Shown: positions 8,786 to 16,800 of the stretch, piece after piece | Layout: every line of letters starts with the position of its first letter | Position numbering within the stretch: position 1 is the stretch's first letter | Source of the DNA: Pedosphaera sp. | GTDB lineage: Bacteria > Verrucomicrobiota > Verrucomicrobiia > Limisphaerales > SIBH01 | Length of the DNA stretch: 20,514 nucleotides | NCBI GenBank assembly: GCA_031414955.1 | Contig: JANOQV010000154.1 | Location: forward strand, 1 to 20,514 | Direction of reading: 5' to 3' | Notes under the pieces: generated by a model | The model's input: only the letters and a program-made list of their open reading frames with translations | What the model was told of the DNA's origin: nothing | Databases searched by the model: none | Position numbers and translations under genes: made by a program

Positions 8786-10921
8786 CTATTTTTTCGCCTG
8801 ACCCCAAACCACGGGCGGACTCCAGCGCCCGCCCGCCTGCACGCGCGCGGTCAGAACTGTTCCCCCGGCCAGCGGCATCGGATTTTCATAAACCTTCGCC
8901 GCCGCGGCCACCCCGCCGCCCGAGGCGCGCGGATCGGTGCCGTCCAAAGTGAAATAGATTCTCACTCCGGACAGCGGGCTGGCCAGGGCCAGCGCCGGGC
9001 CCGGCTGAACCTCGGGCGCAGGCACAAACTGTTTCTCGATCCAGGTCAGCCGGTTTTCGATCCAGCGTTTCATCCAGTTCACCTCCTCGGCGTAGCTGGT
9101 TCCGACGAAATAGTTCGGGCTGATGTCGCGACCGAGAATTTCCCAGCGGGAAAAATTGCGTTCCTGCGCAGAAGCCAGGTGAGCGGCCATCCGATCCACC
9201 CGGGCAAGGACATTCGAGGTGGCGAAGACGTTGGTCCGAAGCTGCGCCCACCGATCCACATAGCGCTGGCCAAAATCCGGATCTTCAAAGAGCCGGCGGA
9301 ACCAGGAGTATTGCTGGTCATCGAGTTGCGGCCAGAGCCAGCGCTCCGGCAGGTAGCCTTGCTTGCCGTCGGCGTTGCCGAAGCTCAAGTTCCAGTCCCA
9401 GGCCGGTCCCATCTGCAACTTCCCGCCGCGATCCTTGTGGTAGAAGGCGCTGAAGCGGAAGCCATCCACGTTCTTGGTCACCTCGACCAGCAGGTGGTGG
9501 TCGATGAAGGAGTCCAGATCAAGCAAGGCCCGATAGCCGGTGCTGGCGTTGGTGAAGTCAGGGCCGTAGAGAGCAGACTCGATTCGATTGACGTAATCCT
9601 TGAGCCACGCGCGCTGCACCGCTGTGATTTCGTCCGGCTCGGGTTCGTAGAAATAGAATTGCACGCGTTGCAGCGCGGTGCGGAAACCCTCGTCATCGGG
9701 GAACAGCGTGTCGTCGTCCAGCCGCACGCTCCGAGGCGCGGCGGCGGCGAGGTAGTTCGTGATGGTTCCGGCCGCACCGGTCGCGGCCCTGGTCCGGCGT
9801 GCGGTGCGCGTCGTGGTGGTGGTCCGCGTCGTACCAGTGGCGAGGCCCTGATACGGCGGCAGAAAGCCATCCGGGTCCGCCGGGAAGCCGCCCGGGGCGG
9901 TCGGGAAGCCTGGCTGATTGCTCGTCCGCGCCGCCATCGGAGGCCCGTCTTCGGGAAAATTCTTCCGGCTCGCGGTGCCGGTGTGGTCCTTCTTGAAGAT
10001 GTAGCCGCCGGAGATTTCAGGCTCCCGGTTCTGGGAGACCTCCAGCTTGGTAAGGTTCACGCGGTTCTTGTCGCGGGTGATTTTCTCCACCAGCAAATAC
10101 ACGCCGACGTAATCCTCCGCACTCAACCGACCCCGGCCGTGGTGGACGAAAGCCTCGACGAAGCGCGTGCGCGGTGCCCAGCGGCCCAGGTCATTGCTCA
10201 ACTCGTAGGCCAGCGCGTCGCGCATAAGGGTCTTGTCCGGGTAGGGGCCGTAGAGCACCCAGGCGGATTCCTTGGACAACTTCAACAGGGACACTTTGTG
10301 AGCCTCCAGGGCTTCATCCACCAGCTTCACCGAATATGAATGCTTGGGGTAACGCAGCGAGGAGTGCCCGCGAATGTTGAGTTGGGCCAGACCATCAAAA
10401 TCCGTTCCACTCGAAAAAGTGGCCCCCCCCGTGGCCTCGGCCAACACACGAACTCCGGCGAGGGATTTCTCCGTCACGGAAATTTCATCCTCGTCGCTGT
10501 GGATGAGAACCAGCGGCAGGCCGAACGCAACGCCGAGGAGTTCCGGGGTAATCAGCCAATAATTCTGGCTGACACACGCGCTGGCCGCGCCGTTCCGGTA
10601 CCAAGCCCTGGCCCGGAGCAGCGCGCAGCCGGTGATGCGGATCGGGCTGGTGTAAACGGACGATGTCATTCCCGGCACGGAGCCATCCAGGGAGAAGCGA
10701 ATCACCGCCTCGTCCGCTTTCAGTTCCACGGACAGGCTGTTGGTGAAGATGCCGCCGGGGATGGAGAACGCTGGCGCAGCCGGAGCCGTTCCTGGTGCTT
10801 TGGGTGCCTTCATCTCGGCCGCCCCGAGAACCAGCACGACGAGTTGGATTCCGCAGGCTGCAAGCAAGGCCCGACGAAATGGTGTTCGCCCCTCGCCCGT
10901 CCTGCTCTTGCGTGAGATCAT
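8786..10921 (-). CDS. secreted CotH-family (spore coat protein H-like) kinase flanked by two chitobiase/Fn3-associated domains (711 aa)
   Basis: CotH motifs IRGHSS..YPKHSYSVKL, DKTLMRDALAYEL, YVGVYLLVEKI, GGYIFKKD, NVDGFRFS.FYHK, GPAWDWNLSFGN. Fn3-associated motifs IRFSLDGSVP and IYFTLDGTDP. N-terminal basic plus hydrophobic signal. Exact start codon uncertain. Confidence 0.88.
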   Translation of the reverse strand: MISRKSRTGEGRTPFRRALLAACGIQLVVLVLGAAEMKAPKAPGTAPAAPAFSIPGGIFTNSLSVELKADEAVIRFSLDGSVPGMTSSVYTSPIRITGCALLRARAWYRNGAASACVSQNYWLITPELLGVAFGLPLVLIHSDEDEISVTEKSLAGVRVLAEATGGATFSSGTDFDGLAQLNIRGHSSLRYPKHSYSVKLVDEALEAHKVSLLKLSKESAWVLYGPYPDKTLMRDALAYELSNDLGRWAPRTRFVEAFVHHGRGRLSAEDYVGVYLLVEKITRDKNRVNLTKLEVSQNREPEISGGYIFKKDHTGTASRKNFPEDGPPMAARTSNQPGFPTAPGGFPADPDGFLPPYQGLATGTTRTTTTTRTARRTRAATGAAGTITNYLAAAAPRSVRLDDDTLFPDDEGFRTALQRVQFYFYEPEPDEITAVQRAWLKDYVNRIESALYGPDFTNASTGYRALLDLDSFIDHHLLVEVTKNVDGFRFSAFYHKDRGGKLQMGPAWDWNLSFGNADGKQGYLPERWLWPQLDDQQYSWFRRLFEDPDFGQRYVDRWAQLRTNVFATSNVLARVDRMAAHLASAQERNFSRWEILGRDISPNYFVGTSYAEEVNWMKRWIENRLTWIEKQFVPAPEVQPGPALALASPLSGVRIYFTLDGTDPRASGGGVAAAAKVYENPMPLAGGTVLTARVQAGGRWSPPVVWGQAKK

Positions 10922-11059
10922 CTGTTTCGTGCTGCGCGCTTAATATGAGAACAACCGCCGTCGGGTTTGAAGCGCAAAAACAAGCCAACCCACTACCGGG
11001 GCGCACGAGAACAAGGAGGCTGGTCAGACTGCGCCGTGTCCAGCAGCACGAGGAACAGG

Positions 11060-12568
11060 TCAGTAAACCTTGCGGAGATTCGACGGCAGGATGTTCAACT
11101 CGGCGCGGTATTTGGCCACGGTGCGGCGGGCGATCTGAATGCCCTTGGCCTGCAGCATGACCACGACTTCCTGATCGGAAAGCGGTTTGGTCTGATTCTC
11201 GGCCTTGAAAATCTCGTCGATCATCTCCTTCACGCTGGTATTGGACATGGCCTCGCCGCCCGTGGTCGCCAGCCCGGAGGTGAAGAAATATTTCATCTCG
11301 AACATGCCGTGCGGGGTCTGCATGTACTTACCCGAAACCGCCCGGCTCACCGTCGTCTCATGCACCCCGACGACCTCGGCCACCTGGACCATGGTCATAG
11401 GCTTGAGTCCGGGCGTGCCGCGATCCATGAACTCGCGCTGCCGTTTCGTAATCTCCTTGCCGATGTTGAGAATGGTGGACTGGCGCTGGTGCAGGCTCTT
11501 GATGAGAAATTTGCCGGCCCGGATTTTTTCACGGATGTAATTGCGCACTTCGGCCGACGACTGCGCTTGGGCCAGCAAATCCTTGTAGTGATTGCTGATG
11601 CGGAGGTGGGGAATGTGATCGTTGTTGGTCGTAACGACGTAGTCATCATCTCCTTTGGTCACGAACACTTCGGGCAGCACAAAGGCGTCGTTGTTGGGCA
11701 GAAACTCCCGACCGGGCCGCGGCTCCAGATGCGCGATGCGCTCCAGCGCCTCTTGAATGTCATCCAGATCACGGTCGAGGACGCGGGCGATCTCGGGAAT
11801 CCTGCGCTTGCCTAGAGCCTCAAAACAATCGCGGACGATCTTGTATTCCAGCGTGTGTTTGAGCTTCTTGCGCTCCATCTGGAGGAGCAGACACTCGCGC
11901 AGGTCGCGCGCGCCCACACCGGGCGGGTGAAAGGACTGTATGACCTGAAGCACGCCCTCGATGCGCGCCTGATCCACGCCGGTGGTCGTGCTCAACTCCG
12001 CCGCCGTGGCCTTGAGATAGCCGTAGTCGTCGATGTTGCCGATAATCAGTTCCGCGATCGAAACCTGTCCGTTGTTCAACTCCGACAAACGCACCTGACC
12101 GATCAGGTTTTCCTGCAAGGATGTCCCCTGCACGATGGAAGCGAACATGAAGTCGCGCTTCTCTTCGTCTTCCTCGGTGGATCGCTGCGCGACATTGGTC
12201 GCAGAAAAATGATCCCGCCAGTCCTGATCCATCTGGGTCAGCTTTTCCAGTTCAGCCTGGAAGTCATCGACCGGATCCTTGCTGTCCTTTTCCGTGGCAG
12301 GGTCGTAATTCAAGTCGGCGGGCGGCTCGGCGGGGTCGGCGGCCGCTATGGCCTCGGCGGATTCCCCTTCACTGTCACGTTCGGTCCGTTCCTCACCCAT
12401 CTCGGTCTCCGGCGCTTCCTCCAGAACCGGATTCTGCTCCATCTCCTGCTGGACAAGCGCCTGCAACTCCAGCGTGGGTGCCTGAAGCAGGGCGAGGGAC
12501 TGCTGCAATTGCGGTGCCAGCACCTGCGAGAGCGCCATCCTCTGTGCTAAATACAAGCCTTGTGCCAT
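11060..12568 (-). CDS. rpoN: RNA polymerase sigma-54 factor
   Basis: Gln/Leu-rich region I (LAPQLQQSLALLQAPTLEL..NPVLE), acidic region II, PPGVGARDLRECLLLQ, HTH (VHETTVSRAVSGKY..TP.G.FE.KYFF) and the RpoN box ARRTVAKYR. Confidence 0.98.
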   Translation of the reverse strand: MAQGLYLAQRMALSQVLAPQLQQSLALLQAPTLELQALVQQEMEQNPVLEEAPETEMGEERTERDSEGESAEAIAAADPAEPPADLNYDPATEKDSKDPVDDFQAELEKLTQMDQDWRDHFSATNVAQRSTEEDEEKRDFMFASIVQGTSLQENLIGQVRLSELNNGQVSIAELIIGNIDDYGYLKATAAELSTTTGVDQARIEGVLQVIQSFHPPGVGARDLRECLLLQMERKKLKHTLEYKIVRDCFEALGKRRIPEIARVLDRDLDDIQEALERIAHLEPRPGREFLPNNDAFVLPEVFVTKGDDDYVVTTNNDHIPHLRISNHYKDLLAQAQSSAEVRNYIREKIRAGKFLIKSLHQRQSTILNIGKEITKRQREFMDRGTPGLKPMTMVQVAEVVGVHETTVSRAVSGKYMQTPHGMFEMKYFFTSGLATTGGEAMSNTSVKEMIDEIFKAENQTKPLSDQEVVVMLQAKGIQIARRTVAKYRAELNILPSNLRKVY

Positions 12569-12577
12569 CTCGTTTTG

Positions 12578-12605
12578 ATTCTACTTCGGTTTACCGCAAG
12601 CTCAA
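12578..12605 (-). promoter_or_regulatory. putative sigma70-type promoter of rpoN (near-leaderless)
   Basis: Minus strand TTGAGC(12605-12600)-N16-TAGAAT(12583-12578), then only 9 nt to the ATG. No obvious Shine-Dalgarno sequence. Confidence 0.5.
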
Positions 12606-12613
12606 GAGGTTAC

Positions 12614-12630
12614 TCGGCACGGACGTTGCT
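12614..12630 (+). promoter_or_regulatory. sigma-54 (-24/-12) binding site, oriented away from rpoN
   Basis: TCGGCACGGACGTTGCT matches the YTGGCACG-N4-TTGCW consensus with one mismatch and has the exact GG-N10-GC spacing (GG 12616-17, GC 12628-29). Confidence 0.72.
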
Positions 12631-12904
12631 TTTCTAAAGAGCAGGTCGGAGAATTCTCCACAATGCGTTGCCTAATTCATTCCCGGCCGAGCCTCTCCGA
12701 CCAGAGGGCGCAAGCAGGCCAGCCACGCAGGTCTCGCCCTCAAAACATCCAGTCCGTCGCCCGATTTTCCAACGGCCCGGTCAATAACAACTCTCCCTGT
12801 CTGCCCATCATGCTCTGTCCTCCACCCTCGGATTTGCCATGCATGTCGGGGATTTTTAGAAATTTGATTTTTGAGTCCTGAAGTTTTGCCTACTCTTTCG
12901 CACT

Positions 12905-13687
12905 GTGGCAGTGCAGTTCACCATTCTCGGCAGCGGCTCGGCGGGCAATTGTGCCTATCTCGAGACCGCCGACACCCGCCTGCTCATCGATGCCGGCCTG
13001 AGCGCGCGCCAGATCCGTACGCGCCTGCTTACTCTCGCCCGCACGCCCGAGAGCCTCACCGGCATCCTCATCACGCACGAGCATTCCGATCACATCCAGG
13101 GACTCTCCGTGCTGGCCACGAAGTTGAACGTGCCCATTTACTGCAACCGCCTGACCAAGGAAGCCATCGAACGCTTCGTGGGCGCGCCCATTCGCTGCCA
13201 CATCTTCTCCACCGGCGCGAGCTTCGACGTGAACGACGTGCGCGTGGACAACTTCAGCGTGCCGCACGATGCGAACGATCCCGTCGGCTTCCTCCTCCAC
13301 ACCGACGCGGGCCGCATCGGCTTCCTCACCGACCTCGGGCACGCCACCAAACTCGTCATCGAACGCGTGCGCACCGCCAACGCCCTCGTGCTCGAAGCCA
13401 ACCACGACATGAAACTCCTCCAGGACGACACCCGCCGCCCGTGGAGCATCAAGCAACGCATCCTCAGCCGGCACGGCCATCTCTCCAACGCCGCCGCCGC
13501 CGAAGTCGCCGAACAAATTGTCTCCGCCGAACTCCGCCATCTCTACCTCGGCCACTTGAGCAGCGACTGCAACCGGCCCGAGATCGCCCGCGCCGCCGTG
13601 AGTGACAGGCTCGCTTCCCTCGGTGCCACCCACGTCGCCATCGCCGTGGCCGCGCAAGACACCCCCTGCGCGACGCTGGCGTTTTGA
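12905..13687 (+). CDS. MBL-fold metallo-hydrolase, YycJ/WalJ-like (260 aa)
   Basis: GTG start; motifs LGSGSAGN, LIDAG, THEHSDH (HxHxDH), VPHDA..PVGF, TDLG, LEANHD, RI....GHLSN, LGHLS...N.P are typical of the YycJ/WalJ (VicX) subfamily. TACTCT (12891-12896) lies 8 nt before the start, suggesting a leaderless mRNA. Confidence 0.92.
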   Translation: MAVQFTILGSGSAGNCAYLETADTRLLIDAGLSARQIRTRLLTLARTPESLTGILITHEHSDHIQGLSVLATKLNVPIYCNRLTKEAIERFVGAPIRCHIFSTGASFDVNDVRVDNFSVPHDANDPVGFLLHTDAGRIGFLTDLGHATKLVIERVRTANALVLEANHDMKLLQDDTRRPWSIKQRILSRHGHLSNAAAAEVAEQIVSAELRHLYLGHLSSDCNRPEIARAAVSDRLASLGATHVAIAVAAQDTPCATLAF

Positions 13688-13899
13688 TGGTTTTCGCCTC
13701 CGGCGAACCTCGCAGTCCGGGCCTCGCTGACCACCGCATGGCAGTTCAGCACCGGGGATTCCCTGCCCTTACCTCGTAGTTTTACGGGAAGAAGCACGGT
13801 GACTTGCCCCGACTGTCAAAAATTGTTCGGCGGAGCATGGTTGCCCGTTCATCGGAGCGAGGCACGCAGCGGCACTGCTGCCATCAGTTCGGGAAATCT

Positions 13900-16800
13900 A
13901 TGAAGAAGAGAGCAATCACACGTTTCGTCCATGTCCTCGTGGGCGTGGTGGTCGGCTTGTTTTCCGCCACCAGCGCCGTCGCGGCGGCCAATGTCACGGC
14001 GGGCACGGCCGCAACCTCGGCGGACACGGCGGCAGATGGTCCCGCGCCGGCCTTCACCCCGGTTTCCACGATCACCATTGCCGAATCGGCCAATGCCACC
14101 TTCTCGCAGAATAACACGACCTACACGTTCACGTTCACCGCGCCCGCCGGCTGGATTTTCGATCTAGGCGGGGCCGCGCCGACGGTGACAAAGAACGGCG
14201 GCGGTACCGACATCGACACGCCGACAATCAATGTGGTTGATAACGCCACCGCCACCGTGGTCTTTACCACCGACGCGGCTCAAGGAAACAGGGACACGCT
14301 GACGATTGACGGCCTTCGCGTGCAGCCGATCACCGGCGCGGGGCTGGGCACCAACTTTATCACCGTGACCAGCAGCGGTACGATCACGGGCGGGTTCTCC
14401 ACGACCAACGCGGCGAGTTTGATCAAACGAGGCGGGGTGGCCAGCACGCTGGTCTTCGGTGTGCAGCCGGGTGATCGCGCGGCGGCCAGCGCGTTCACGC
14501 CCGCCATCACGATTCAAGTTCTGGATCAGTTCGGCAATCTCACCACCAACATTGCCGGCGTGGTCATGAGCCTGGGCAACAACCCTGGCGGCGGCACCTT
14601 GAGCGGCACGCGCACCAATGCCGCCATCAACGGCATCGCGACCTTCAGCAACCTCTCCATCGACAGGGTCGGCACCGGCTACACGCTCACGGCCAGTGGC
14701 GGTGGTGTGCCGCCGCTCGATTCCAACCCTTTCAACATCACCAATGGACCGGCCACAAAACTGGTCATCACCAGCGCGCCCCAGACCCTCACCGCTGGAG
14801 TCATCTCCGGGATCATCACCGTGGAGATGCAGGATGCGGGCGGCAATGCCATCAACACCCCGACCAACCGCGCCGTCACTTTGGGCCGGACTTCGGCGGG
14901 CGGAATTTTCCGCGACGTGGCGGACACGGCGAACATCACCACGGTCGTTCTTCCCGCCGGAACAAGTTCCACGAGCTATCTCTATCTCGACACCGTGGCC
15001 GGCAATTCAACCATCACCAACGCCGCGCCCGGCCTGACCTCGGCCACGCAAATCGAAACCGTCCTTGCCGCCACCGCCTCGCAAGTCCGCGCGGAAACGC
15101 TGGCCAACGGCGCGGGCATCGTCGTGCCGGTGCAAAACATCACGGCGGGCAACGCCACCAATCTCTTCGCCATCTTCCGCGATCAGTTTGGCAACTTTGT
15201 GACCAACGACGTGGCCTCGTGGGCGCTCATCAACACAACGGGGGGAGTAGTCACGAACGATCTCGTGGTGGCGGGCAGCAGCCGGAGCGCGGCGTTCACC
15301 GGCCACCTCACCGGCAGCGCGGTGGTGGAAGTCACTTCACCGGGAATGTCCAACACCGTTTCCGGCACACTGACCGTGGTGCGCGGAGCACCGAACAAAC
15401 TGGTCATCACCACGGCGCCGCAGATTCTGACCGCCGGGGTCAATTCCGCAGTGATCACGGTGCAGATTCAGGATGCGGGCGGGAATCCCACCAACGCCAC
15501 GGCTAACCGCGTGGTCACGCTGACCTCTTCGTCAGCCGGAGCGATCTTCCGCAACATGGCCGACACCGCCACCATCACGACCATCACCATCGCCAACGGC
15601 CAGAACTCGACCAACTATCTTTACCGCGCCTTCCTGGCCGGCAACGCCACCATCACCAACAGAACGCCCACCCTGACCAACGCCGCCACCCAGACGGAAA
15701 TCGTCCTGGCCGCCGCCGCCAGCAAACTGGCCGTGACGATCCAGCCTTCGGCCACGGCCACGGCGGGCATCGCCTTCACCACGCAGCCGCAAGTCACGGT
15801 GCAGGACGCCTTCGGCAACCCGGTGGGTTCATTTGGTTCGGCGATCACAGCGGTGCAAACCAGCGGAGGTGGAAGTTTGAATGCCAATCCCCTCCCGCCT
15901 TCGATCTTTCCGATCGGCGGCATGGCAAACTTCAGCGGCCTGTTCATCACCAACGCCGTCACCACCACGCTGACCTTCACTGCGCCGGGCGTGACTGGAA
16001 CCAATTCGTCCAACATCATCGTGCGGGCCGGCGCAGCGACGCGAATTCGCGTGGAGACTCTGGCCAACGGCACGGGCACGGTCGTCCCGGCGCAGAATCT
16101 GACCTCGGGACTCTCCCTCACCAACTGCGCCATTGCGCGTGACCTTTACGGCAACTTCGTCACCAATGCGGCGGCGACCTGGTCCCTGGTCAACCGGGAC
16201 GGCGGCGTGGTGGGCGCCGACCTCGTGCCCGCTGCCGACAACAAGAGCGCGGTGTTCACCGGTCATTTGCTGGGCAGCGCCAACGTCCACGTCACCTCGG
16301 GCGTCCTGGCCGTGACCGATTCCGGCACGATCACCGTCGTGCAGGGATCCAACGATCCGGATCTGCCCGGAGCGCCGGCCCACTTCCAAATCTTTCCCGC
16401 CGGCTCGTGGGTGATCGCGATGGACAACACCAACCAGAGCCTGGTCGCGCCCTTCAACATCAAATCCTACGGACTGGTGAACCTGCTCCTGCAAAACTAC
16501 GTGCCGGTGAGCCGCGCCATCCGGACCGGCAAGGCCAAGGACGGCATCGATTTCAGCGCGCCCGCCTTCCGCATCGCGCCCACGACCAATGGCGTCACGA
16601 ACCTGCACTTCGCCGGCGGCCCGTTTCTCATTCACCGCGACTACACCAACCTGGCGCGCACGCACATCACCGCCTTCGGCAACAACGTCGCCGTCTATCA
16701 ACTCGTGTCGAACACCTTGGTGGATGTCCGCCACGAGCTTCAGTTCCAGCCGTCCATTTCCATCAACTCGGTCAACGGCCACATCCACTCGAACCTGCTG

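Noticed and set aside
10856..10867. LAAC lipobox in the 711-aa CotH protein
   Set aside because: Too few hydrophobic residues precede the Cys and the main hydrophobic stretch follows it, so a lipoprotein signal is unlikely.
8786..10921. CotH as evidence of endospore formation
   Set aside because: CotH-family kinases are widespread in non-sporulating bacteria and no other sporulation genes are present in the window.
13859..13885. GGCACG/GGCACT motifs upstream of the adhesin as a sigma-54 promoter
   Set aside because: Neither has GC at the required GG-N10 distance (the first is N9 and lacks TT).
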